From: a virus
Lineage: Duplodnaviria; Caudoviricetes
Length of the DNA: 36,990 nucleotides
Virus record (IMG/VR): IMGVR_UViG_3300044976_000008
Coordinates: 1-36,990 of that record
Reading direction: 5' to 3' (one strand)
Positions 27,226 through 34,308 of this stretch are shown one piece after another. Each line of letters begins with the position of its first letter. Position 1 is the first letter of the stretch. Both the position numbers and the translations under genes were made by a program. The notes beneath the pieces are model-generated. The model searched no databases. It was given only the letters and a program-made list of their open reading frames with translations, and was not told the DNA's origin.

Positions 27226-28224
27226 GTGCTTACGCAGATCGACGTGATGAGCGACAACGCAATCGAACTGCCAATTCTCGGTGTCACGCCGAAGAGCAGC
27301 TTTCTTATCCAGAAAGTTACCGGGCTTAACCCTCCCGATAGAAATCTTTTCATCGGAGATTACTCCCAGGATGGCGGTATTTACCAGGGGCGCCGGGTGG
27401 GGAATAGGAACGTCGTGTTTACGATCAACCTGAACCCTAACCCGGCCCTTGGTGAAACCGTGTCTTCTCTTCGAGAAAAACTGTATAAAGCATTTATCGA
27501 CCCTCAGGTAGAGGGCGACTATCTAAAGCTGTTGCTTCGTGACGACAGCAACGACCATCGATACTTGGTTGGATACTGTGAGAAGTTTGAGACCGAAGTC
27601 TTTGACGTAGAGACTGCGTGTCAAATTTCTTTGATCTGCCCTGACCCGTACATCAGAAGCGATCAGGATACGATCCTTACCAACGAAAGCGGCTGGATCA
27701 CAGTTCAATTTCCATACGAAGGTACTGCTGAAACCGGCTTTAACGTTCGTATCTACATCACGTCAGTGACTGAAGAACTGACAATATCCAACAACGGCAA
27801 GACCATGATGCTCAAAACACCTAGTGGCGAACCATACCAGGTGGGTGACTTAATCGTCATCTCTACCGTCCGAGGAGAGCGTTCAATTAGCTGGACAAGG
27901 CCTTCTGAGCTAACCAGTGAGCCTACTGAGTTCGTGATTGGCTACGGCTATAACCCAGGCTATAACGTTTTCTACGGTTCTGGTGTGTGGGAAGCAGTAG
28001 ACCCCATCCTAGGTACAGCCACAGACATTACAATGATCCCTAGTCTAAGCACTGACTACTGGAACTATGTTTCTACGCCTATCATGGCACATCTTCAACC
28101 CAAGTCTGATTGGTTAGAGCTTCATTCTACTCAGAATGTTTTCAACGTCTACGGCTCAGATCCGTCTAATGAAGTAGCCGCCGTGCGATATTTGAAGTAC
28201 ACCTCGGCATACTGGGGTGTTTAA
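27226..28224 (+). CDS. Distal tail protein (Dit)
   Basis: GTG 27226 after GAGGAG. First gene after the tape measure; motifs IQKVTGLNP, RNVVFTI and ISLICPDPY. Confidence 0.75.
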   Translation: MLTQIDVMSDNAIELPILGVTPKSSFLIQKVTGLNPPDRNLFIGDYSQDGGIYQGRRVGNRNVVFTINLNPNPALGETVSSLREKLYKAFIDPQVEGDYLKLLLRDDSNDHRYLVGYCEKFETEVFDVETACQISLICPDPYIRSDQDTILTNESGWITVQFPYEGTAETGFNVRIYITSVTEELTISNNGKTMMLKTPSGEPYQVGDLIVISTVRGERSISWTRPSELTSEPTEFVIGYGYNPGYNVFYGSGVWEAVDPILGTATDITMIPSLSTDYWNYVSTPIMAHLQPKSDWLELHSTQNVFNVYGSDPSNEVAAVRYLKYTSAYWGV

Positions 28225-29348
28225 TGGAGCTACTTACTCTTAACTCAGAGTTTCAACCAGCAAACTTGATAGAAAGATACGGCAGCTTTATCTGGACAGA
28301 GCGATATTCTGTTTCAGGCGACTTTCAACTGATCAGCAACGACATCGAACGAATGGTCAACCTTCTTCCTTTAGACAGCTATGTAACTATTCGTGAGTCT
28401 ACCGTTCCGATGGTCGTGGAAACGCATGAGATCAAGAAGAAGCCTAGTGAAGCACCAGTACTCACCGTTAAAGGTCGGTCTTTTGAAACCGTGCTCGAGC
28501 GTCGTGCTACTGCAATGCTTACTCGACCCAGAGATCTGGATACTACAGATGCGGCTCCAAACCCTAAGGTTGCTTGGGTAGAGTCTGCTGCTAAGCCTTC
28601 TGATGCGGCATATAACGCAATACGAAAGATTCTTGGTGATGGCGCACGTAGTACTGTTACTGGCCCGCTTGACCCGCAGGATCCTATCTTGTCGTATAAA
28701 GATGCTATTCCGGAAGTAGATCTGATTGCTCCGGCAGACTATGCAAGAGGCGCAGGAAGTAGCTTCAGCTTCGAGATCAAGACCGGGAATCTTTACAACG
28801 TCGCGATGGAGTTGATTAACTCCAACCACCACGGTCTGAAGGCGGTTCGACCGGACCTTAACAGTAACCAAATAGGTATTGAGATCTACAACGGTGCCGA
28901 CCTTTCCGACACAGTGATGTTTGATGCTCGATTTGACCAGTTCGATGACTCGACATATTTGCTGAGTCGAGCTGGCTCCTACAATATGGCTTACGTGTTG
29001 AGTAAGTCGGATAGTCAGCTAGTCAAGAAGACTCAGGCTGATGAACCATCTGGTCTTGATAGACGAGTTTTGGTTGTAGATGCGTCAAGTGAAGAAAACG
29101 CCGACACAGAAGATGCTCGTAAGACCAGAGGTTTGGTTGAATTGTACAAGTACAATGCTACGGCTTTGTTTGATGGTCATATTTCCGAGCAGCTAGTTAC
29201 TGGTTTTAACCGTGACTACTTTCTCGGAGATATTATTCGACTCGATGGTGAGTATGGCCTTTCACAGATAGTTCGTGTGGCGGAGTTTATCCGTTCAGAC
29301 GATAGCACAGGAAGCAAGGCATACCCAACATTTGAGGTGGTGAGTTAA
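28224..29348 (+). CDS. Baseplate hub / minor tail protein (ReqiPepy6 gp37-like)
   Basis: SFIWTERYS..GDFQL, GRSFETVLERR, GLDRR..VDAS and DYFLGDII; follows Dit. Confidence 0.75.
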   Translation: MELLTLNSEFQPANLIERYGSFIWTERYSVSGDFQLISNDIERMVNLLPLDSYVTIRESTVPMVVETHEIKKKPSEAPVLTVKGRSFETVLERRATAMLTRPRDLDTTDAAPNPKVAWVESAAKPSDAAYNAIRKILGDGARSTVTGPLDPQDPILSYKDAIPEVDLIAPADYARGAGSSFSFEIKTGNLYNVAMELINSNHHGLKAVRPDLNSNQIGIEIYNGADLSDTVMFDARFDQFDDSTYLLSRAGSYNMAYVLSKSDSQLVKKTQADEPSGLDRRVLVVDASSEENADTEDARKTRGLVELYKYNATALFDGHISEQLVTGFNRDYFLGDIIRLDGEYGLSQIVRVAEFIRSDDSTGSKAYPTFEVVS

Positions 29349-29650
29349 TGACCTTTGACGGCATTCCCATATTTGGGCTCACTGCCCCAGCTATCCTAGG
29401 CATAGCTGTACTAATGCTTTTCACCGGACGTCTGATTCCTCGCTCAGTCTTGAAAGATAAGCAGGAAGAATCTGAACGATGGCGGCTGGCATATGAGGCA
29501 GAAAGGGAAGCTCGCCTTGTCTCAGATAACCAAACAGCAAAGCTACTCATCGCTGTTGAAACCAACAGAGATGTTCTTTTGGCGCTTTTTAAGGCACTTA
29601 ACAACCATGATGAGTCAGGAGGCCCACCCCATGTGGCCTCGGAAGACTGA
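29348..29650 (+). CDS. Membrane protein (lysis-cassette associated)
   Basis: One N-terminal hydrophobic helix, then GRLIPR and a coiled coil. TAATG overlap with the upstream gene. Confidence 0.65.
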   Translation: MTFDGIPIFGLTAPAILGIAVLMLFTGRLIPRSVLKDKQEESERWRLAYEAEREARLVSDNQTAKLLIAVETNRDVLLALFKALNNHDESGGPPHVASED

Positions 29651-29837
29651 ACGTAGAAAAGCACTCGCGAGCTCGCAAAGAGCACTCAACATTTCTCGCA
29701 TTGAGCTTAGGAAAGTTCAATCAAGAGAACCCAAGATCGATAGTGTTGCCGAAGAGATGCATGTTATACGTGAGCGTAATCATTTTGCCGAACAGATTAG
29801 CATCTTAATGGCTAACAAGCGGAAGGGGTTTCTGTGA
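29631..29837 (+). CDS. Small basic protein (lysis-cassette associated)
   Basis: ATG 29631 after AGGAGG gives MWPRK...RERNHFAEQI. This is a better start than 29493. Confidence 0.65.
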   Translation: MWPRKTERRKALASSQRALNISRIELRKVQSREPKIDSVAEEMHVIRERNHFAEQISILMANKRKGFL

Positions 29838-30199
29838 CGGAAGACATTGAGGCCCTTCAAACCCTGACGACAATTTTCATCTGGATTGCGGCCGTCTGTA
29901 CCACCTCTTTCCCATTGCTTTATGCTTTTTCTCCATGGTATAAAACGCCACTAGGCAGAGTAGTAATGCTCCAAGCCGGAGCGTTTGCTTTGGCTATTGA
30001 TGTCACTCTAATCGCTCGTTACTGGACGTCACCAGACGATCTTACCATGTTTTTAATCAATAATCTAGTGTTTGGTGTCATCGCTTTGGCTACAGCGTCT
30101 ATGACCTATCTGCTGTGGAAAGCAAACTACGAAGTAAGACGTAAAGAAGAACTTCACAATCGAAGGAGTACAGATGGAACAGGACTACCTGATCAGTAA
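29834..30199 (+). CDS. Three-helix membrane protein, holin-like
   Basis: Three hydrophobic segments and the motif SPWYKTPLGR. GTGA overlap with the upstream gene. Confidence 0.6.
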   Translation: MTEDIEALQTLTTIFIWIAAVCTTSFPLLYAFSPWYKTPLGRVVMLQAGAFALAIDVTLIARYWTSPDDLTMFLINNLVFGVIALATASMTYLLWKANYEVRRKEELHNRRSTDGTGLPDQ

Positions 30200-30527
30200 C
30201 AAGACTTACGACGTCCTCAAGCGGTTTGTGACGTTGGTTATGCCGGCTACAGCGACTCTGTATGCCGCTCTGGCTGCTTTGTGGGACCTCCCTAACCCAG
30301 AAGCCGTGGTAGGTACGATCGTCGCTCTGACGACCTTCTGTGGCGTTCTACTGGCATTCAGCAGCAATAGCTGGAACAACAGCGAAGGCAAGTACGACGG
30401 CGAAATTGTCGTCGGTAGTGAAGATGAGGTCACTGGTAACCCCGACATTCAGTTGACGGTTACTCGCGATCCAGCTGAGCTTGCTGAAAAGCGAACAGTT
30501 CGACTCCGGTCTATTGACGCTCGATGA
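30174..30527 (+). CDS. Holin (Dp-1-like)
   Basis: AAGGAG RBS. ISNKTYDVLK..VMPA.ATLY...W.LP..E.VVGTI.AL.TF.G.LL matches the recalled Dp-1 holin pattern; two TM helices. Confidence 0.75.
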   Translation: MEQDYLISNKTYDVLKRFVTLVMPATATLYAALAALWDLPNPEAVVGTIVALTTFCGVLLAFSSNSWNNSEGKYDGEIVVGSEDEVTGNPDIQLTVTRDPAELAEKRTVRLRSIDAR

Positions 30528-30530
30528 ATT

Positions 30531-30558
30531 CGCGCTTGAAACACGGCATGTAACGAGA
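30531..30558 (+). promoter_or_regulatory. Conserved 28-bp promoter-like motif, copy 1
   Basis: CGCGCTTGAAACACGGCATGTAACGAGA, intergenic, upstream of 30588. Confidence 0.7.
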
Positions 30559-30587
30559 ACTATCCTCTAGCGAAAGGCTATTGCCGA

Positions 30588-30935
30588 ATGTCAGATCCCG
30601 TTACCTTGTATGACGAGGTTTACGTCGACATGTTGGACCAACTCAAGAGTTTCGGCATCGGCGACGATAGCGCTACTACTGCGGTCAAGAACTTGAAGAC
30701 CCTCTCGGAGTGCCGCCCACCAGCACCAGAGCCAAAGCCTCAACCAGAACCTATAACCGTTCTGGAGAAGGTGAAGGCAAACGTGTTTGGTGTGTGGGAC
30801 AACGAGACCACTCGAGTTCTGATCAAAGCAAGTGGTGCATTCGCCGGTGTCGCCCTAGTGACTTGGGCAACAGTTCGTCGAGACCACGTCTTTGTGAGAG
30901 ACGCCCTGTCTCAGGCTAACCAACGCATCAGCTAG
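30588..30935 (+). CDS. Hypothetical protein with C-terminal hydrophobic helix
   Basis: Lies between motif copy 1 and a terminator; GAAAGG RBS. Confidence 0.7.
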   Translation: MSDPVTLYDEVYVDMLDQLKSFGIGDDSATTAVKNLKTLSECRPPAPEPKPQPEPITVLEKVKANVFGVWDNETTRVLIKASGAFAGVALVTWATVRRDHVFVRDALSQANQRIS

Positions 30936-30940
30936 TTCCA

Positions 30941-30987
30941 AAAGGAGAGGGCCCTGTATCTTAACCGGTACAGGGCATCTCTTTTTT
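30941..30987 (+). terminator. Intrinsic terminator
   Basis: GCCCTGTATC/GGTACAGGGC stem extended by GAGA/TCTC, followed by TTTTTT. Confidence 0.85.
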
Positions 30988-31101
30988 GTCCCAATACAAT
31001 CAAAATGGTAGTAAAAAGGGCATACCTAGGCATTTGGTATAGAACGACTCTTTAGCTCAGCCGTTTTGAGTTTTCAAGTTGAAAATTTCCCCGGTGGGGT
31101 T

Positions 31102-31129
31102 CGCGGGTAAAACAAGGGTATAAATGAGA
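31102..31129 (+). promoter_or_regulatory. Conserved 28-bp promoter-like motif, copy 2
   Basis: CGCGGGTAAAACAAGGGTATAAATGAGA. Confidence 0.75.
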
Positions 31130-31152
31130 CATTCTACCCAAAGGAGCCTATA

Positions 31153-31272
31153 ATGGCACGTTCAAAGCCCTACACTGGCGGACTCATGGCGCTCGACATC
31201 GTACTCACCCTCGTAACGGGTGGGTTCTGGCTGTTGATCGTCCTGTTCCGTGAGATGTGGCGTCGCAACTGA
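31153..31272 (+). CDS. 39-aa membrane microprotein (absent from ORF track)
   Basis: AAGGAG RBS; MARSKPYTGGLMALDIVLTLVTGGFWLLIVLFREMWRRN; bounded by motif and terminator. Confidence 0.8.
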   Translation: MARSKPYTGGLMALDIVLTLVTGGFWLLIVLFREMWRRN

Positions 31273-31296
31273 CCACAACTCCACAACTGAATACTC

Positions 31297-31330
31297 AAAG
31301 CTAGTTCCCCACAAGGAATTAGCTTTTTCT
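31297..31330 (+). terminator. Intrinsic terminator
   Basis: AAAGCTAGTTCC/GGAATTAGCTTT stem plus T tract. Confidence 0.85.
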
Positions 31331-31331
31331 G

Positions 31332-31359
31332 CGCGGTAGAAACATGGCACTATATGAGA
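31332..31359 (+). promoter_or_regulatory. Conserved 28-bp promoter-like motif, copy 3
   Basis: CGCGGTAGAAACATGGCACTATATGAGA. Confidence 0.8.
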
Positions 31360-31382
31360 CCCCTACTATTTAAGGAGAGCTC

Positions 31383-31592
31383 ATGGAAATTTATGCCATT
31401 CGTGTCATAGAACCCAACCTCAGGCTGATTGCTCGACTGAACAACGGCGTAGAGCCACTCGTCGAAGATGGACTTACATACTTCATGTTCGACGCGTCAC
31501 AACGCCGTGACATGCCGACAATTGTCCCTGAGCGCGAAGTTCTATCGTTGCACAAAAACGGTATGCTTCACATGATCCTCGGACAGAAGTAG
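31383..31592 (+). CDS. Small hypothetical protein
   Basis: TAAGGAG RBS; cassette-bounded. Confidence 0.75.
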   Translation: MEIYAIRVIEPNLRLIARLNNGVEPLVEDGLTYFMFDASQRRDMPTIVPEREVLSLHKNGMLHMILGQK

Positions 31593-31597
31593 CACTC

Positions 31598-31629
31598 GAA
31601 CAGGGAGCCCTAACCGGGCTTTCTGTTTT
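31598..31629 (+). terminator. Intrinsic terminator
   Basis: AACAGGGAGCCC/GGGCTTTCTGTT stem plus T residues. Confidence 0.8.
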
Positions 31630-31631
31630 GT

Positions 31632-31659
31632 CGCGGTAGAAACATGGTACTATATGAGA
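31632..31659 (+). promoter_or_regulatory. Conserved 28-bp promoter-like motif, copy 4
   Basis: CGCGGTAGAAACATGGTACTATATGAGA. 31632-31678 matches 31332-31378 at 46 of 47 bases. Confidence 0.8.
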
Positions 31660-31682
31660 CCCCTACTATTTAAGGAGATTCA

Positions 31683-31880
31683 ATGAAGACTCACGTCTTA
31701 GTTGAAAACCAATACGACTATAAATCATTTACTACTCCACTTTGTGGAACGTTTAAATACTCTAAACTTTCTACAAACTTTGAGGAAATTGATTGTGGTC
31801 GTTGTTTGCGTTTAATCAACGGATACACAGTCATTAGTAGACATCTTCCAAGACCGGATCTAAAACCCTCTATACCCTAA
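31683..31880 (+). CDS. Small putative zinc-binding protein (H..C..CxxC)
   Basis: TAAGGAG RBS; TH..PLC..CGRC; AT-rich. Confidence 0.7.
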   Translation: MKTHVLVENQYDYKSFTTPLCGTFKYSKLSTNFEEIDCGRCLRLINGYTVISRHLPRPDLKPSIP

Positions 31881-31896
31881 CACGGTATAGGGTTTT
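31862..31896 (+). terminator. Intrinsic terminator
   Basis: CTATACC/GGTATAG stem extended by AAAACC/GGTTTT; the upstream gene's stop codon lies in the loop. Confidence 0.8.
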
Positions 31897-31900
31897 GTCT

Positions 31901-31928
31901 CGCGGTAGAAACAAGGCACTATATGAGA
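31901..31928 (+). promoter_or_regulatory. Conserved 28-bp promoter-like motif, copy 5
   Basis: CGCGGTAGAAACAAGGCACTATATGAGA. Confidence 0.8.
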
Positions 31929-31953
31929 CCTACATCCACTCAAAGGAGTTATC

Positions 31954-32199
31954 ATGACCACTACCGTGACCGTGCACTTCAAGGAAATGGTACAACTCAC
32001 CCCACACGTCAAAGAGTTCCTCAAGAAGTTTACTATTTCCGAAATCGATGAGACAGCCGAATGGCTGGCAGTCACCGATGACGGACGGTTCTTCTTCGTG
32101 AAGGACTTTGATGACTTGTCAGGTGGGACGTACGTTCCGAAGACGCAGCTCATGACGTACTACATCTTGACCGACTTCGACGTTGAGTTCCCTGTATGA
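31954..32199 (+). CDS. Small acidic hypothetical protein
   Basis: AAGGAG RBS; cassette-bounded. Confidence 0.75.
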   Translation: MTTTVTVHFKEMVQLTPHVKEFLKKFTISEIDETAEWLAVTDDGRFFFVKDFDDLSGGTYVPKTQLMTYYILTDFDVEFPV

Positions 32200-32210
32200 C
32201 CTCATAGACT

Positions 32211-32235
32211 GTTCCCCACAAGGAATTAGCTTTTT
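32211..32235 (+). terminator. Truncated copy of the 31297 terminator
   Basis: GTTCCCCACAAGGAATTAGCTTTTT is identical to 31304-31328, but the outer left arm is missing. Confidence 0.55.
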
Positions 32236-32237
32236 GT

Positions 32238-32265
32238 CGCGGTAGAAACACGCCACTATATGAAA
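32238..32265 (+). promoter_or_regulatory. Conserved 28-bp promoter-like motif, copy 6
   Basis: CGCGGTAGAAACACGCCACTATATGAAA, running directly into the AAGGAG RBS. Confidence 0.8.
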
Positions 32266-32274
32266 GGAGACACT

Positions 32275-32466
32275 ATGGAACTCGTACACCTACGCAACCA
32301 AGCCTTCTATCTCAACAACGTACCTAACTGTCGTAGTAAGAGCAAAAACCTTACAGATAACATCTACTATGTTACTTGCAAGGACTGCATTACCAGCGAC
32401 GAAGGCATCATGATGAGAAGAGACCGGATGCTACCGCCGTTCGACCCAAAACCTCCTACCACCTAG
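32275..32466 (+). CDS. Small putative zinc-binding protein (H..C..CxxC)
   Basis: ATG 32275 after AAGGAG; VH..PNC..CKDC; resembles 31683..31880. Confidence 0.7.
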   Translation: MELVHLRNQAFYLNNVPNCRSKSKNLTDNIYYVTCKDCITSDEGIMMRRDRMLPPFDPKPPTT

Positions 32467-32486
32467 CCAGCAATGGTTAGGTTTTT
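32461..32486 (+). terminator. Intrinsic terminator
   Basis: ACCTAGCCA-GCAA-TGGTTAGGT (GNRA loop) plus TTTT. Confidence 0.85.
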
Positions 32487-32489
32487 CTG

Positions 32490-32517
32490 CGCGAAAGAAA
32501 CAGCCATCTATATGAGA
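32490..32517 (+). promoter_or_regulatory. Conserved 28-bp promoter-like motif, copy 7
   Basis: CGCGAAAGAAACAGCCATCTATATGAGA; no RBS or ORF follows. Confidence 0.75.
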
Positions 32518-32638
32518 AGCACTCGGTGCAGAATCGTCTATTGAAAGATGTTTACATCAATCAATAGCCCCACAGCACACACCTCTAAATAAACAGAATT
32601 CCGTAGTCAGTCACTACGCTGAGGTTGTTTCTTTTTTT
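32514..32638 (+). ncRNA. Putative structured small RNA (~125 nt)
   Basis: Lies between motif copy 7 and a T tract with no RBS-led ORF. Shows 5'/3' end pairing plus two internal hairpins. Confidence 0.55.
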
Positions 32639-32641
32639 CTG

Positions 32642-32669
32642 CGCGACAAAAACAATCCCCTATATGAGA
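32642..32669 (+). promoter_or_regulatory. Conserved 28-bp promoter-like motif, copy 8
   Basis: CGCGACAAAAACAATCCCCTATATGAGA. Confidence 0.75.
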
Positions 32670-32722
32670 GAGAGCACACTACCCAGTGGCCTTGCCCGCC
32701 AGCAAGGACTCTTTCTTTTTTT
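32666..32722 (+). ncRNA. Putative ~55-nt three-way-junction RNA or attenuator leader
   Basis: GAGAGAG/CTCTTTC closing stem enclosing CACT/AGTG and CCTTGC/GCAAGG hairpins, followed by T7. Confidence 0.5.
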
Positions 32723-32740
32723 CTCTATCCGGAGGATCAA

Positions 32741-32983
32741 ATGGATCCTGTTTGTAGTTGTGGCCACTACGTGGTTTCACACGACATGTACGGATGTACT
32801 CGACTCGGATGTGATTGTCAAACAATCCACAACGAACTGATACATCAAGTTAAAATGCATACTGGTTTTACTTGTAGTGAGTGTAAGTATTCGATGAAGA
32901 CAGAATGCTTGTTTTTCTCTGGAGTTTGCACTCGTTGTTGCCGTGAACTCACAAATGCCTATCACCCTATCAAAGGATTCTAA
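32741..32983 (+). CDS. Cys/His-rich small protein (putative double zinc finger)
   Basis: GGAGG RBS; CSCGH..H..C..CDC then CSEC..C..CTRCC. Confidence 0.7.
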   Translation: MDPVCSCGHYVVSHDMYGCTRLGCDCQTIHNELIHQVKMHTGFTCSECKYSMKTECLFFSGVCTRCCRELTNAYHPIKGF

Positions 32984-33075
32984 TGGCTAACACATTGCTC
33001 AAGAAGATCGCCGCCGCGATCATTATCGTAGTGGTAACACATGAAGTCAAGAAGTGGGTAGGATCTGACAAGTGA
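32983..33075 (+). CDS. 30-aa hydrophobic microprotein (absent from ORF track)
   Basis: AAAGGA RBS and TAATG overlap; MANTLLKKIAAAIIIVVVTHEVKKWVGSDK. Confidence 0.6.
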   Translation: MANTLLKKIAAAIIIVVVTHEVKKWVGSDK

Positions 33076-33104
33076 CGAATCTATCGCTCGCTAAGGGAGC
33101 TAAG

Positions 33105-33872
33105 ATGAATCTTGCATCATATGTCAAGACGGCTAAGTCCGTCATCACCGCCAACAGCCCAGTACTGTTGCTCGGTACCACTATTGCCGGTGTAGTGACA
33201 ACCGGTGTTCTAGCCGCCAAGGCTGGTTACAAAGCTCGTAGTATCGTCGACGACGCTGAAGGTCGTTACAAGATCGAGCTTGATGAAGAGTTTGTTGAGC
33301 TGACCATGCAAGAGAAGGCTCAGCTTACGTGGTTGTGCTATGCAACTGCCGGTATTTCCGGTGCTGGTACGATTGCGGCTGCCGTAGGGACGCACACTAT
33401 CCACACAAAGCGTGCAAACGCCATGGCAGCGCTGTATGCAGTCACAAGCAACAAGCTCGACGACATGTCTGAGAAGGCCGAACAACTCCTGGGGCCCAAG
33501 AAGACTCAGGAGCTCAAGAACGAGCTTGCTCAGAAGGAGCTAGATCGAAATCCGGTTGAGGACAATGAAGTTATTCTCCTCGACGGAAACGAGCTTTGCT
33601 ACGATGAGTGGTCTGGTCGTTACTTCACGTCCTCCATGGCCAAGATCGAGCACGCTATCAATCAGATCAACCGTCAGCTCATCGACGAAGAAAGCGCGTC
33701 TTTGAACGACTACTATGAGTGGGTTGGCCTTCCGCTCATTCCGATGGGAAGTACGTTTGGCTGGTCTGGCCCAAAGATTGAGGGAAGGTTTGGGGCCGTC
33801 CAGGCAACTGATGGTCGCCCGGCTATTAGCGTTAGCTTTTACGAAGCCCCAAAAGATCGCTTGGGGATTTAA
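33105..33872 (+). CDS. Conserved phage membrane-associated protein (DUF6353-like), paralogue 1
   Basis: ATG 33105 after AAGGGAG. NSPVLL..AGVVTTGVLAAKA, CYDEWSGRYF and SLNDYY..GL..GW. Confidence 0.7.
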   Translation: MNLASYVKTAKSVITANSPVLLLGTTIAGVVTTGVLAAKAGYKARSIVDDAEGRYKIELDEEFVELTMQEKAQLTWLCYATAGISGAGTIAAAVGTHTIHTKRANAMAALYAVTSNKLDDMSEKAEQLLGPKKTQELKNELAQKELDRNPVEDNEVILLDGNELCYDEWSGRYFTSSMAKIEHAINQINRQLIDEESASLNDYYEWVGLPLIPMGSTFGWSGPKIEGRFGAVQATDGRPAISVSFYEAPKDRLGI

Positions 33873-33946
33873 CAAACATAGAAGCGTGCTTAATGCTCGA
33901 ATAAGCTATATTCTTGCTCAACCATGGCAATACGGGTGAGAGAGCG

Positions 33947-33974
33947 CGCGAGAAAAACAACGCTATAAACGAGA
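33947..33974 (+). promoter_or_regulatory. Conserved 28-bp promoter-like motif, copy 9
   Basis: CGCGAGAAAAACAACGCTATAAACGAGA. Confidence 0.75.
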
Positions 33975-34004
33975 TCGACCATCCATCTACCCAAGGAGAC
34001 AATC

Positions 34005-34232
34005 ATGGCCGAGCCAGGAATCGAGACTCAGACCGACGTTGTCGTCGAGGTCGAGAAGCCCTCTCGCCTGCAGTCTTTCAAGGTGAACCACCCCCGTACC
34101 GCAAAGGTCGTTGGCATCGCTGCCATCACCGCTGCTACGTTCGGTGCCATCGCCGTCTGGAAGAACCGCAGGCAGATCGCTCAGACCGTCGAGGACAGCG
34201 CCCCTGAGGACGAGAACTCCGACTCCGTCTAG
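34005..34232 (+). CDS. Small single-pass membrane protein
   Basis: AAGGAG RBS; one TM helix VVGIAAITAATFGAIAVW; acidic tail. Confidence 0.75.
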   Translation: MAEPGIETQTDVVVEVEKPSRLQSFKVNHPRTAKVVGIAAITAATFGAIAVWKNRRQIAQTVEDSAPEDENSDSV

Positions 34233-34255
34233 ATCCCTAGACCGGACCCCCGATC

Positions 34256-34294
34256 ACAGCCCTATACCCATCCAGGTATAGGGTTTTGTCTTTT
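34256..34294 (+). terminator. Intrinsic terminator
   Basis: CCCTATACC/GGTATAGGG stem plus TTTT; same stem family as 31862. Confidence 0.8.
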
Positions 34295-34308
34295 AGAGGA
34301 GCTATATT

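Noticed and set aside
31102-32669. CRISPR array interpretation of the 28-bp repeats
   Set aside because: Repeats are degenerate, intervals are long and irregular (about 150-340 bp), most contain RBS-led ORFs and terminators, and no cas genes are present.
32514-32722. tRNA or hammerhead ribozyme identity for the two structured RNAs
   Set aside because: No cloverleaf with a TTC T-loop, and no CTGATGA/GAAA catalytic core.
32625-32840. ORF-track 71-aa ORF spanning motif copy 8
   Set aside because: TTG start without RBS; it runs through a T tract, the motif and the RNA structure, and overlaps the better-supported 32741 gene.
33914-34207. ORF-track 97-aa ORF
   Set aside because: It crosses motif copy 9, lacks an RBS and overlaps 34005..34232, which has a strong RBS and a plausible TM helix.
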